A stretch of 61,751 nucleotides of DNA from a virus (IMGVR_UViG_3300009149_010511:1-61751); one strand, 5' to 3'. Positions 8,157 through 18,756 are shown, counted from the stretch's first letter. Translations and numbers: made by a program. Notes: generated from the letters alone by a model not told the origin.

Positions 8157-9872
8157 ATGGCTAGTAATGTTATCAGCCCTGGCGTATATAGGCGGATAAT
8201 CGACCTCTCTACTTTTGTAGATTCCGTGCCTAGCACAATTGCGTTCATTTGTTTTCTGTCAGAAAAAGGTGAAGACAATGTTCTCAAGTTTGTTAGTTCA
8301 CAAGAAGAGTTGATCACTAAAAATGGTCAGCCTAACATCAACAGGTATGGACAAGGTCTGTATAATGCAGATCAGTTCCTACAGAGGTCACAGTCCCTTT
8401 ACTACGTTAGAGTAACTGCACCAGACGCATGTTTTGCTAACGTGTTTGTAACACTTGCTAACTCAGTGGATGACAAGTTCACAACAACATCACATGCAGA
8501 TGTTGAAACTGTTTCCGAGTTAGAAACAATTCTTGCAAGCACAACAGGAGATCCGAACTTTATTGCTTTTTACGGTGTTGGAAGAGGCACGTATTACAAC
8601 ACGACAGCAGTAACCTTAACACCTTCTTCAAGTCTTGCTGGACTAGACACTTATGTGATCGACATCTGGGAAGAAGATCTGACAGGTGATATGGTTATTA
8701 TTGAGTCGTTTGTTGGCTCTCTCAATCCGGATCAGCAGTACAATGGCAGATCCATTTATATCGAAGACATCGTTAACACTTATTCAAACATCTTGAATTG
8801 TCGTGTTAATGTTGCCAACATGACTGAATACCTCAGTTTTAAAGCGTTTGCTGATGCAGGAAATCCAGCAGGATACACAGGACCTATTACTTTCTGGTAT
8901 ACCGTTGGACCTCCAGTTCAGTATACAAAGATTTCTGATCCTTTCAGTGCTTACATTTTACTTGCTGGTGGATTTGATTCAGACATGTACAATGTAGACG
9001 GAACAGTTAACTGGGTAGCCGCTGAGCAATACTTAGCTCAGGCTTATCTTGGTGATCTTCCTTACTACGATCCATCCGTAGGTGATACCGACAGAACTTT
9101 CTTTACAGTTGTATTTGATGCAGACTATCCAGACGGAGTTAAAGACTCTATCAAAGCTCTGTGTGAAACACGTGAAGACTGTGTTGCTATTATGGACAAT
9201 GGTTTCCACACTGGTCCTAATGGTATTCAGGCTGCTATTGATGATGCAGAAGGCGGAGGCGTTCATGATTTCAATAGCTGGTATGTCGCACTATACGAAA
9301 ATCATACACTTGTATACGACAGATATACAGGCAGAAGAATCTGGTTGTCTCCTTCCTATTGGATGAGTGCAATCATTCCTACTAACGATAGAGTAGCTGA
9401 ACCTTGGTTTGCTGCTGCAGGCTATAATAGAGCCGCTCTTAGTGGTATTAAAGAAGGCGCACTGTATCCAACTAAAGGAGATAGAGATAGGTTTTACGAA
9501 ATCCAATTGAATCCTATCGCTCTCTTGAAACCAGGTTGGGTTGTCTGGGGACAGCAAACCAAATGGGACAAACCGTCTGCCCTTAGAGATCTGAACATTG
9601 TAAGGTTGCTGCTTTACATAGATGCAGCTCTTAAACAGTTTGCATTGTTCTACATCTTTGAACAGAATGACTATTTCACATGGTCATCGTTCCAGGATAG
9701 AGTTATTACGTTCCTGGAAGACATCGTGGCAAGGCGCGGTCTGTTCTCATATCAGGTTAAAGTGTTCGCAACTGAATATGAATTGCAGACAAACTCTTTC
9801 CATGCTGACATTTGGCTGAAGGCAATCCCTACAGTTGAAAAGATCTTCCTCAATTATACAATCACGAAGTAA
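8157..9872 (+). CDS. Contractile tail sheath protein (T4 gp18-like)
   Basis: ISPGVYRRIIDLS N-terminus; PWFAAAGYNRA, LYEIQLNPI-like, VVWGQQT, LRDLNIVRLL, FEQND motifs. Confidence 0.95.
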   Translation: MASNVISPGVYRRIIDLSTFVDSVPSTIAFICFLSEKGEDNVLKFVSSQEELITKNGQPNINRYGQGLYNADQFLQRSQSLYYVRVTAPDACFANVFVTLANSVDDKFTTTSHADVETVSELETILASTTGDPNFIAFYGVGRGTYYNTTAVTLTPSSSLAGLDTYVIDIWEEDLTGDMVIIESFVGSLNPDQQYNGRSIYIEDIVNTYSNILNCRVNVANMTEYLSFKAFADAGNPAGYTGPITFWYTVGPPVQYTKISDPFSAYILLAGGFDSDMYNVDGTVNWVAAEQYLAQAYLGDLPYYDPSVGDTDRTFFTVVFDADYPDGVKDSIKALCETREDCVAIMDNGFHTGPNGIQAAIDDAEGGGVHDFNSWYVALYENHTLVYDRYTGRRIWLSPSYWMSAIIPTNDRVAEPWFAAAGYNRAALSGIKEGALYPTKGDRDRFYEIQLNPIALLKPGWVVWGQQTKWDKPSALRDLNIVRLLLYIDAALKQFALFYIFEQNDYFTWSSFQDRVITFLEDIVARRGLFSYQVKVFATEYELQTNSFHADIWLKAIPTVEKIFLNYTITK

Positions 9873-9884
9873 TTATACAGAGGC

Positions 9885-9910
9885 ACGGGCTGCTTCGGCA
9901 GCCCAGCCTT
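9885..9910 (+). terminator. GC-rich UUCG hairpin between sheath and tube (terminator or RNA-stabilising stem)
   Basis: GGGCTGC-TTCG-GCAGCCC followed by AGCCTTT. Confidence 0.65.
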
Positions 9911-9946
9911 TATCATCACTTAAATCTCTAAGGAGGAGTTTTAATT

Positions 9947-10642
9947 ATGCCAGCAAATCCAAATCCTTTTGCAGCACGAAGACTTAACAGGTTCTTTGGC
10001 GGCACAAATGCGCAAAGAGACCCTTATGTGTCTGGATTCTTTCTAATCCAGTTTAGATCACTACCACAAGACATGATACCAGATGATAGTGGAAAAATTC
10101 TAACCGCCGTATGTACTGCTGTTACTCTACCAGATTATTCACTAGACAAAGTTACAGTCAATGCACTTGGTGGACTGAAATTCCATGTTCCTGGAGCATT
10201 AACAATCGGTGAAACTTGTTCACTGACATTCACTGAGTATCAGTATTTGCCAGTATTCAATACTATCCGTGATTGGTCACATGCTATTAGGAATAACATT
10301 CTTGGTTTCTCCAACCATGATTCATTAGTAGGCACTGACGCTTATGTACAGAACAAGTACAAAGCTGGTTTGCTTGTTGCTTACTGTAGACCAAACATGC
10401 AGGAAGTTGAATTCTATGCTTATCTATCAGGTGTATGGCCTCTCAAGGTTCCTACAGATGGTCTTAATGCTGAAATCGCAACAGTAGAAAAGAAAGATCT
10501 TACTGTTGACTTCTCAGTTGATCTTCTTCACCTTGATGAATGGGTCAAACAAGAATGCCAGAATATGGTTGATGACATCCGTGGCTCAGACATCAACAAT
10601 ATTATTAATCTTGACAACTTCACTATCGGTGGACAGAGCTAG
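9947..10642 (+). CDS. Tail tube protein (T4 gp19-like)
   Basis: Follows the sheath; CTAVTLPD, TCSLTFTE, LSGVWP..VP, LTVDFSVD match the tube beta-fold pattern. Confidence 0.8.
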   Translation: MPANPNPFAARRLNRFFGGTNAQRDPYVSGFFLIQFRSLPQDMIPDDSGKILTAVCTAVTLPDYSLDKVTVNALGGLKFHVPGALTIGETCSLTFTEYQYLPVFNTIRDWSHAIRNNILGFSNHDSLVGTDAYVQNKYKAGLLVAYCRPNMQEVEFYAYLSGVWPLKVPTDGLNAEIATVEKKDLTVDFSVDLLHLDEWVKQECQNMVDDIRGSDINNIINLDNFTIGGQS

Positions 10643-10651
10643 GAATAACCA

Positions 10652-12994
10652 ATGGCAATACTTAAAGAACGATTTCCCATTGAGTATGATGAGTTACGTG
10701 ACGAGTTAAAATCTTTAATAGAAGAAAAGTTTCAAACAGAGAACCCGGATGTTTATGAGTCCGGGTTCATTGCTTTCTTTACTGATGCATTAGCTACCGC
10801 ATCATTAGATTCACTTTTCTACTCATCTATGACTTATAAGGAAGCATTTCTTTCTCAGGCTGTACTGCCCGAATCTGTATTGAATATTGCACAGCAACTT
10901 TCTTACAATGTTCCTAATGCAATACCGTCTGAAGTTGATATTTTAATCTCAGTGCCTTTCGCTAAAAATGGCGTTAGGCTCTGGGATTATATCCAATTTA
11001 CATTTCCTAAGTGGACTAGGTTTTCAGCCTCGTCTTTACCTTTTCTACTTCCGTATGATGTAATCTTTAATTTCAATTATGACCCTGATGCTTTTGTAAA
11101 CAATTTATACAAGCAAACGGATACGGCTATCTCAAAGATTCCTTTTGAATTCAGCACAGTAGAGCCAGATCCAGTTGGACGACCTGGAGAGACTGATACT
11201 TACTTACAGTTCCTAGTAACAGGCGAACAGTATAACATAGAGGAATATACTTTTACAGCACCTAGACCAGAACCACTTAGGTTTAATACTATAGAAGTTG
11301 GTTTCTCTGATCAAGTATACAAAACAGAAGTATATATAAGACCTCCAAACGATGGTGCTGAATATGAATTATGGACAGAAGTTGATAATGTGTTTCAACT
11401 TAATTATGGAGAAAAAGGATACGCAACTAGCGTATTTCAAGATAAGGTAGTTTTCACTTTCGGTAATGGTATCTACGGACGCATTCCTCTTACAGAGTCT
11501 AGCATATTAATTAAGGTATTCGAGACTAAAGGTAAAGAAGGCAAAGTCGTTGCAGGTACAGTTACTACTGCACCTAGAATTTATAATGATGCTCCTACAG
11601 GCGGCATTGTAACTATGTATGTTTCTAATCCTAGAGTTTCTACTGATGGACAGAATAGAGAGACTATAGAGCAGACTAGAAGAAATGCTAGAGATTACGC
11701 ACGCGCTGTAAATGGTTTAGTATCAGAAAGAAACTATGAAAATTTAGGAGCTGTACTTCAGATACCTTTACAGGACTCAATGGCTATTATAAAAAGATCA
11801 GACATTCATTCAAATGAGATCTTTACTTATATAGCAACTAAGTTTTCTGATACTGAATTAGTTCCTAGTAGGTCAGATGTCGTAACCTTTGATAACTTAG
11901 TTCTGCAACCTATTACGAAGGACGGCTACACTTTCCGTTGCCCCTTCGAGATCTATCCTAACATTGCTTCAAATTCATTGGATTACAGGTATGTGGCTAA
12001 AAGTTTAACAGGCAATGTTGACTTAATCGCAACAACTGAAGAAGCAAAGAACCATGCAGCAGTATTAACTGGTTATGTAGCCACCTATGATTCCGTAGCA
12101 AGAACCTTTACATTAAAGATCCCTTACAACTATGTAAAACTTGATAGTGAAGGAAATGATGATCCAACATATCCACCTAAGCTACGACTGTATGGACAAA
12201 TGGGATTACATTCTTACGTATTTAATAATGACACAGGTAACAGATTGTTTGATGTTATTATTGATCGTGATGATGTTGAAGACGGTCTAACAACTATTAC
12301 AGTTGACTTTAAGTATTATGATGATTCAGTTCCTACTGAGAAACTTCTTAGAACATATAAGATGAATTTCATCTTAGTTCAGAATTTAGACTCACTGATT
12401 GCAAGCCCTACAAAAGACCTAGGCGGCAACATTATAGAAGCGTATGATGTTCCTTTAATCGAAGAAAGTTTTTATCTTTCTAACTTGCAGTGGCTTGATA
12501 TAAACATGCTGCAGCAAATGGCTATGTTTGCTGATGTTGTCGTTAGGTATCGTATTATGACTGACCAAGTGTATTTAAAGTTTGCTAATACTATCGGTAA
12601 AGTTCATAACATCGAATATAACGATACTAATCCAAATGCTGTTAAGACGTATGTATCACCTAACTTTCCTCTACCTATAGAAATTAGTATGCGTGTTTAT
12701 ATTAAAGAACAAAACAACGCGCAAGCTGATGTCGTTATTAGAGAAGTTAAGGAAGCTATTTATGAATACTTTAAGCCTAAGTTTGGTTTCGAAGTAAACA
12801 TTTATAAATCAGAAATAACCAAAGTTGCACAAAATGTTGATAACGTTGAATTTGTTGAACTTATTGAGCCTTATGATAGTATAGTTTATGACTACTATAG
12901 AAAAGACTTAACTAAGCAACAGCTAATTGAATTCACTCCTGAGTTTACTTGGTTCAACGAAAGCAATATACAAATTGAAATTATAGTAGACTAA
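10652..12994 (+). CDS. Baseplate wedge protein (T4 gp6-like)
   Basis: EYDELRDELK, EAFLSQAVLPESVLNIAQQLSY, FTFGNGIYGRIP, ETIEQTRRNA...VSERNYE motifs. Confidence 0.88.
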   Translation: MAILKERFPIEYDELRDELKSLIEEKFQTENPDVYESGFIAFFTDALATASLDSLFYSSMTYKEAFLSQAVLPESVLNIAQQLSYNVPNAIPSEVDILISVPFAKNGVRLWDYIQFTFPKWTRFSASSLPFLLPYDVIFNFNYDPDAFVNNLYKQTDTAISKIPFEFSTVEPDPVGRPGETDTYLQFLVTGEQYNIEEYTFTAPRPEPLRFNTIEVGFSDQVYKTEVYIRPPNDGAEYELWTEVDNVFQLNYGEKGYATSVFQDKVVFTFGNGIYGRIPLTESSILIKVFETKGKEGKVVAGTVTTAPRIYNDAPTGGIVTMYVSNPRVSTDGQNRETIEQTRRNARDYARAVNGLVSERNYENLGAVLQIPLQDSMAIIKRSDIHSNEIFTYIATKFSDTELVPSRSDVVTFDNLVLQPITKDGYTFRCPFEIYPNIASNSLDYRYVAKSLTGNVDLIATTEEAKNHAAVLTGYVATYDSVARTFTLKIPYNYVKLDSEGNDDPTYPPKLRLYGQMGLHSYVFNNDTGNRLFDVIIDRDDVEDGLTTITVDFKYYDDSVPTEKLLRTYKMNFILVQNLDSLIASPTKDLGGNIIEAYDVPLIEESFYLSNLQWLDINMLQQMAMFADVVVRYRIMTDQVYLKFANTIGKVHNIEYNDTNPNAVKTYVSPNFPLPIEISMRVYIKEQNNAQADVVIREVKEAIYEYFKPKFGFEVNIYKSEITKVAQNVDNVEFVELIEPYDSIVYDYYRKDLTKQQLIEFTPEFTWFNESNIQIEIIVD
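10741..10780 (+). terminator. Intragenic hairpin in the 5' end of the baseplate gene, possible attenuator
   Basis: GAACCCGGA-N10-TCCGGGTTC perfect 9-bp stem followed by ATTGCTTTCTTT. Confidence 0.5.
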
Positions 12995-13009
12995 ATTAGG
13001 AGTTATTAA

Positions 13010-13576
13010 ATGGCAGTCAATCCTTTCCTGTTACACCTTGCCTCAGATATTCCTGTGATAGTTTACACTTTAACAGACAAGGTTATAAAGCCTACTATTA
13101 AAGACAAGAAACGTTTAGTTAAAATCGATGAGGTTTTATCTGAGTTAAGACTAGCTTCTTCTATTTCTGTTATGGAAAGATTAAATCATGCTACTAATAA
13201 AGACTTTTATGAGTTCATGAAAACTTTCTATGACGTTACTACTTTTGAGAAATGGGAAAAAGAAGTAATGGGTTACTACATGTACTTTGTAAGAGAGGAT
13301 GGACCTTTAGTGTTAGGTACTTACATTACATATCTACTACTCTTAGACAAAAGAGTCATATCAAGTAGACTGAAAAAAGATTTCAAAGCAACAATGGAAA
13401 AGTTTGTTGATAGCATTCAGAAGGATCTGCTTAAAGATGAAGTTCGCATTGCTAAACGAATGGACGTAGCGGGCAAACGTATTATTTCTAAAACTTTAGC
13501 AGTTAAGAAAATTACCTTAGAACAACTAGCAGATACAGAAAGATTAGCAGAATTCGTAACAGACGTTTTTAAATAA
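13010..13576 (+). CDS. Hypothetical protein
   Basis: AGGAG SD, 188-aa ORF in the late operon. Confidence 0.75.
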   Translation: MAVNPFLLHLASDIPVIVYTLTDKVIKPTIKDKKRLVKIDEVLSELRLASSISVMERLNHATNKDFYEFMKTFYDVTTFEKWEKEVMGYYMYFVREDGPLVLGTYITYLLLLDKRVISSRLKKDFKATMEKFVDSIQKDLLKDEVRIAKRMDVAGKRIISKTLAVKKITLEQLADTERLAEFVTDVFK

Positions 13577-13587
13577 AAGGAGTAAGC

Positions 13588-14085
13588 ATGAAGCGCACAA
13601 ATCTAGAACAAATATTTGATGCTATCAACGAAAAAGCGGTGTTTTTCTCTAACCTACTAAAGACACAAAAAATGTCTGAAGAATATGAGAAACTTAGAAA
13701 CTTGTATGTAGCTAACCAGAAAGCAGGAATTCTTGACTATGCACAGGATGTTATGAATTCTTATGAAAGACTTGCTACTGGTAAAGAAGTTCCTCCGCGT
13801 AAGCTTGCAATGGTTGCTAGTTGTATAAACAACTATAGAAACTTTGCACCATTCCAGGAATTGACTGATGAAAATTTTGAAAACTCAGAACAGCTACTTA
13901 AGTTTCTGCTTTCTTTTCAGTTCCAGGGCGTAGACAAGAAACGCATACTTGTGTACGGTATTCCTATATTAATGTTAGATAGGCTTGCTACATTGGTTAA
14001 AAGATATGAAACACCTGGACTACAGCTTAAGCTTTTTAAACTGTGTGTAGGTGGTGATATATCGCCTCCAGCATTAATGAGCTGA
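13588..14085 (+). CDS. Hypothetical protein
   Basis: AAGGAG SD; N-terminal LE/INE leader. Confidence 0.75.
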   Translation: MKRTNLEQIFDAINEKAVFFSNLLKTQKMSEEYEKLRNLYVANQKAGILDYAQDVMNSYERLATGKEVPPRKLAMVASCINNYRNFAPFQELTDENFENSEQLLKFLLSFQFQGVDKKRILVYGIPILMLDRLATLVKRYETPGLQLKLFKLCVGGDISPPALMS

Positions 14086-14092
14086 GGATAAT

Positions 14093-15544
14093 ATGCCAAC
14101 TAAAGAACAACTAGAAAACGAGAAGCTTAAGAAAGCTTTAAACGCAGAAAAAGCTGCTCGCAAGGAAGCGGAAGCTGCTGCGCAAATGTATGGCGGAAAG
14201 GAATACAATCCTCAAAGCCAAGACATGCAGGAAGCTCTTAATAAGTTTGCACTGTCCGATATAAAGGTTTTAAATCCTAAACTCGCTGCAACTATTATTC
14301 AAGTTGCTAAAACAGATCAAACAACAGATGTTGCTAGGAAAGCAAAAGCTGTGTTAAGAGCGCTTCCTATGGTTATTGCTGCTGAGTTGTCTAAAGGTGT
14401 ATCAGCTGATGATACTGATATTTATCTTAGAACGTATATACTTTATAAAACAATGATTGACTTAGAGATGTTCCGTAAAGGACAGAACTGGGAAAAGTTA
14501 ATCCTTCCTGCAATGAAAGAAATCAGAGAGCATAAAGATAACGCGTGGGGTGGGAACAAAGCTACTTATAAAGTTAAAGTAGAGAACGCTATTTTAACTA
14601 AAGCTTTACAAGAAGAAACTAAGACTAGATCTGCTGATGAGTTTTATGGTGGATCTAAGAATGATTTCTTTGAAAAACTTGTAGCAGAGCTTTCAGATGA
14701 GAATAAGCACATTATGCAGAACTTTTTTGCTCCGGGAGCAACTCCTGCGTTAGACGATGTTAAAACAGTTGGTCAAGTTAAGTCAAAATATAACAAGATT
14801 AAAGGTGAAACTAAAAACAAAATAAGTGAGATACAATCAAAACCAAAAGAAGTATCTGAAGAAAAGGTTGTAGATCAACTAGAAACTGTACAGACTGAAA
14901 TTAACGCTAAGGTTAGAGAACTCCAAGAGGACGTAGATGCAGCAGAGAAAGAAGCTACTAATAAAATTAATAAGCTTCTTAAGCTTAAAGATAGAACATT
15001 AGCTGGAGTACTGGCTGATGTTGCAACTGACTCTTATGAAGAGACTTGGATGCGTGTTCAGAATTTTGTTAATGAAGTAATTAAACAGACAAAGATCAAA
15101 CCTGGTATGTTAATGGGATTGGTTGAGTCTTTTAAGTTTAAAAAGAAATTCAGAGACGCTAAAGAAAAAGCTAAAGGGTTCGTTAAGAACACTATAGCTA
15201 AGATGAAGAAGCGTTGGTCTGAGTTCAGTACTAAGAAGAAGGCATTAGTAGTTGTTACTTCTATTATATTCGCTTGTGTTGTTATAGGTCTTACCTACTA
15301 CATGATTTATAAAAATAAAATGAAAGCTGTAGTAGGCGATAAGGCTGTTGAGAAGATGGGCGAGAGTTTAATGGAAGCAAAAGATGTGCATGTAGGCTGG
15401 ACTATAACAGTCGTACTAGGTTTTGTTCTTTTGCTAGCTACTGTAATCAAGTTAGCCATCGATGCATTCAAAGATAAACGATATGTTGAAGGAATAGCCG
15501 AATCGGGTTTCGCTATCCTTTTAGTAATGTTCATATTTAGGTAG
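14093..15544 (+). CDS. Coiled-coil membrane protein of the shared-TM-anchor family
   Basis: KKKALVVVTSIIFACVVIGLTYYMIYKNK then GESLMEA and two more TM segments. Confidence 0.8.
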   Translation: MPTKEQLENEKLKKALNAEKAARKEAEAAAQMYGGKEYNPQSQDMQEALNKFALSDIKVLNPKLAATIIQVAKTDQTTDVARKAKAVLRALPMVIAAELSKGVSADDTDIYLRTYILYKTMIDLEMFRKGQNWEKLILPAMKEIREHKDNAWGGNKATYKVKVENAILTKALQEETKTRSADEFYGGSKNDFFEKLVAELSDENKHIMQNFFAPGATPALDDVKTVGQVKSKYNKIKGETKNKISEIQSKPKEVSEEKVVDQLETVQTEINAKVRELQEDVDAAEKEATNKINKLLKLKDRTLAGVLADVATDSYEETWMRVQNFVNEVIKQTKIKPGMLMGLVESFKFKKKFRDAKEKAKGFVKNTIAKMKKRWSEFSTKKKALVVVTSIIFACVVIGLTYYMIYKNKMKAVVGDKAVEKMGESLMEAKDVHVGWTITVVLGFVLLLATVIKLAIDAFKDKRYVEGIAESGFAILLVMFIFR

Positions 15545-15600
15545 AGGTTTAAAGAGTTACTATAAACTCTTATTTATAAAAATAATAAAGGAGTAACACA

Positions 15601-16380
15601 ATGAAGTTCAAAGAAACTACCGACAAGTTTGTAAACATACTAAAGAACTTGGGTAAGAAAGACAATGAAGCCGCTAAAAAGGGTGCAGAAGAGTTAGGTA
15701 TTCAGGATGACTTATTTGAAGGATCGCCTGAAGAAGCTGCTGAAAAGCTTTCTATGTCAGCAAAAATTAAAGAGACTGTTTCTAAGTTTCAAAATGCTGT
15801 TAACGAAAATGAGATGATTAAAAAAGCTAAAGAGATTGTGGAAACAAAATTCAGGCCGCAGATTACTAAAATCACTGTAGCAATAAAGAAACATTTCCCT
15901 AATAAAAAGTTTCTTGCTATAGCTATATCTTTACTCGTTATAGGATTCTCAATGTTTCTTTATTTCAAAGCTAGGTCTCAGAAGAAAGGCGAAGCATCGC
16001 AGGAATGTATGGAAACTATGCTTACTGAGGGTATATTTGCAGACATAGACAAAAGTGTTGACAGCTTCAGTGCAGATATGGACATGGACGGAACAGCGTC
16101 TGCAGTAAAGAAGATTACAAAAATAGCAACTGTAGTAGGTCCTATATTAATAGTTATTCTGGTAGGCGCTATAGCCGCAGGACTCTACTATATGGTAACA
16201 ACAGGTGAAATCTTAAAAGGCATAGGAATAATTACAGTAGCTGTATTTGTTTTCGCAGCAATTATCGTTGGTGGCGCTTTTATAGCCTTGTTAACTATGA
16301 AGAAAGGTATAGAGAAAGATGTTGATGCAGAAATGGCTAAAAATGCAGAACCAGCAGAACCAGTAGGTGCGCCTGCATAA
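15601..16380 (+). CDS. Membrane protein of the shared-TM-anchor family
   Basis: NKKFLAIAISLLVIGFSMFLYFKAR then MLTEG and two TM segments; closest to 18757. Confidence 0.82.
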   Translation: MKFKETTDKFVNILKNLGKKDNEAAKKGAEELGIQDDLFEGSPEEAAEKLSMSAKIKETVSKFQNAVNENEMIKKAKEIVETKFRPQITKITVAIKKHFPNKKFLAIAISLLVIGFSMFLYFKARSQKKGEASQECMETMLTEGIFADIDKSVDSFSADMDMDGTASAVKKITKIATVVGPILIVILVGAIAAGLYYMVTTGEILKGIGIITVAVFVFAAIIVGGAFIALLTMKKGIEKDVDAEMAKNAEPAEPVGAPA

Positions 16381-16446
16381 ACTAACTTCTATCAAAGAAG
16401 TTTCATCATACATTAATAAGTTCGTAATACCAAGGAGGTATACACA

Positions 16447-16830
16447 ATGGAATTCTTGAACAAGTTATTTGAGTTCTTGCTAAGACCTGAAGTTGTAGTT
16501 ATCGTCGGTGCTATTGTCGGTTTCGGTTTTGATGTTTGGAAGACAGCACCTAAGAGGGCACTACAAAGGGCGATTGAGTTGATTACTGATTACTCGCCAA
16601 TTATTTTTAATGCAGTAGAAGAAGCTGCGCGGGTTGCTAAACAAAAAGAAGGTGCCGATGTTGAGAAGATTGACAAAGCACTTTTATTTGAAGAGCACAT
16701 TAAACAACTACTTAAGCAGTATGGTGCTTTAGTAAATGATGAAGTCATTAAGTTTGCGCATGCAAATGCCAAGTCTATTAACTTTGCAAAGAGGCAGGAA
16801 GAGGCAGAAAATGCCAAACTACTGGGATAG
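16447..16830 (+). CDS. Putative holin (LL-H-like architecture)
   Basis: N-terminal TM followed by ..AVEEAAR....KI.KA..F helical domain; followed by a terminator. Confidence 0.45.
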   Translation: MEFLNKLFEFLLRPEVVVIVGAIVGFGFDVWKTAPKRALQRAIELITDYSPIIFNAVEEAARVAKQKEGADVEKIDKALLFEEHIKQLLKQYGALVNDEVIKFAHANAKSINFAKRQEEAENAKLLG

Positions 16831-16865
16831 TTAATCCCACAGGGTCCACACAACCCTAAAACCCT

Positions 16866-16900
16866 AAAGCTAGGATTGAGAAATCAGTCCTAGCTTTTTT
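16866..16900 (+). terminator. Rho-independent terminator
   Basis: AAAGCTAGGATTGA-GAAA-TCAGTCCTAGCTTT followed by a T run. Confidence 0.85.
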
Positions 16901-16925
16901 ATTTTGGTAAAATGAGGAGTTATTC

Positions 16926-17774
16926 ATGTCCAAGTATGTGAAGAACGGGATATTAACCGAAGCTGCAATTACAGCACTAACCGAAGCGGCTACTTCTGCA
17001 AACTTCAAGAAGATTGCAGCTACGCATATAAACAATGTAAGAAATATTGAAGAGACTCTTTCTAAGCATGGTGTAAATGTTAAGCAGTTAAAGCAAGAAG
17101 CAAAACCGATGTCTAAGAAAATACTTGCTGAAATTAAAATTGCAAAAGGTACTGATCCTAAGTCTGCAAGCACAAAGGTTATGGACATGATAGAAAAAGA
17201 AGCTAGAGTCCTACAGAAAAAATTTGAAAAACAGATAAAGACTCCTTCAACAGAAGGCGGAGACACTCTAGCTATAAACTTAGCAAAGTCCTTAGGTTTA
17301 CTTTTGCTTGCTACAATAATACAGCAGTTCTGTATGGGATTTGTTGAAGGAATTTTTAAAGGTTTTCAACAAGAACGCGGTATTTCTATAAATGAGGATG
17401 ACAACAAACTTAAGTCAGTAATGTTAGTTTCTATTATTGTAGCTCCTTTAACAGAAGAGTTTGCTAAACGTATAGCAATTAAAGATGATTTTGGGTGGAC
17501 ATTTGGTTTTGTATTTACAGGTGTTGAAACTGCGGGAGCTATCCACAAAGGTGTAACCGCCTTCGGGGTGAAGGGTTCTAAGAACATATCAAGATTAGTT
17601 TTCCTAAGACTACTAGCAGTTGTTATGCACTTTACTACAATTTTTGTTCAGAAATTGTTTGGAAAAGATAGTAAAAATGGCTTTTACATAGCTGTATTGA
17701 TACACGCTGTTTATAATGCAACTGCTTTCTTATTTGGTAAGCAGATTGCAGGATTTCTGGGTGTAACAGATTAA
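16926..17774 (+). CDS. CPBP/PrsW-like intramembrane metalloprotease with a soluble N-terminal extension
   Basis: APLTEEFAKR (EExxR/K), FVFTGVE, VMHF and LIHAVYN motifs within TM helices. Confidence 0.75.
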   Translation: MSKYVKNGILTEAAITALTEAATSANFKKIAATHINNVRNIEETLSKHGVNVKQLKQEAKPMSKKILAEIKIAKGTDPKSASTKVMDMIEKEARVLQKKFEKQIKTPSTEGGDTLAINLAKSLGLLLLATIIQQFCMGFVEGIFKGFQQERGISINEDDNKLKSVMLVSIIVAPLTEEFAKRIAIKDDFGWTFGFVFTGVETAGAIHKGVTAFGVKGSKNISRLVFLRLLAVVMHFTTIFVQKLFGKDSKNGFYIAVLIHAVYNATAFLFGKQIAGFLGVTD

Positions 17775-17789
17775 AAAGGAGAATAAATA

Positions 17790-18281
17790 ATGTACAGTTT
17801 TATGTTCTTAGTTATCTGTATCGGACTCGTTGTATATAAAAAAGAAGTTTTCGCAAACAAATTACTCATTACTAAAGTATTAAATCAAATACCATCCTTT
17901 GTAAGAATGGTGCGTGAGATTCAGAAGTGTATGGAAAAGAATGGCGACGATCCTAAGAAGATAAACTTAGTAGATGCTGTAGCAGACGAATGTGAACGCT
18001 TAGCTACTTTGCTAGGTATAGCCATTGACGGTAAGACAGGTAAAATTATTCGAATGTTAACATTAGCTTATTACAGTGAAGCACATTTCAAAAAAGATAT
18101 TACTATAGACTTTTATAATGTACTAGAAAAGACTGACTTGAAAGAAGAGAAATGCGATCACTTAGTTTATATCTTTAATAGGTTTATCGGAGAAATGCTA
18201 AGGAACCCATACCGTGCTCTTTTAAACGGTGCTTACAGGTTTTATAAATACTTGAGGCATTTTGGATACATAGGCGAATGA
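17790..18281 (+). CDS. Hypothetical protein with N-terminal TM/signal
   Basis: AAGGAG SD; hydrophobic N-terminus. Confidence 0.7.
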   Translation: MYSFMFLVICIGLVVYKKEVFANKLLITKVLNQIPSFVRMVREIQKCMEKNGDDPKKINLVDAVADECERLATLLGIAIDGKTGKIIRMLTLAYYSEAHFKKDITIDFYNVLEKTDLKEEKCDHLVYIFNRFIGEMLRNPYRALLNGAYRFYKYLRHFGYIGE

Positions 18282-18679
18282 CACTTGAACGTATAGAAAG
18301 AAAAGATAGAAAGCAAGTTTACGAAAACTTTGTTAAGCAGATTCACGAATTTGAGAAAGCATGTATATACTCGAAGGGGGATGCCCACTGGTTTTACATT
18401 ATGTCTAATGACGAGCCGGTGGGTATTATTGCTTGTAGAAAAGAAAAGAAAGAAGAAGGCTATGCAGGCTATTTACATATTGTAATTAAACCTGAGTATA
18501 GAGGACGAGGTTTTGTTAAGTCAGAATTACTGTTATTTGATCATATGCCAGAATTAACTTACTTAGTTGCTATAACTAGGAAGTGGAATAAGGCATCACA
18601 AATAGCTCATGAACGCATTGGGTTTCAATTTCATAGTTATCGTGACACCAACAAAATTTACAGATACTACCAAAAATAA
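18278..18679 (+). CDS. GNAT acetyltransferase (paralog of 5209)
   Basis: IVIKPEYRGRGF..ELLLFD and NKASQIAHERIGF. Confidence 0.88.
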   Translation: MTLERIERKDRKQVYENFVKQIHEFEKACIYSKGDAHWFYIMSNDEPVGIIACRKEKKEEGYAGYLHIVIKPEYRGRGFVKSELLLFDHMPELTYLVAITRKWNKASQIAHERIGFQFHSYRDTNKIYRYYQK

Positions 18680-18756
18680 CCAAAGAAAAATACTGTGTTT
18701 GAGATATATATCCATAAACACAACAATTGATAATTATACTCTTGGAGGATACTGTT

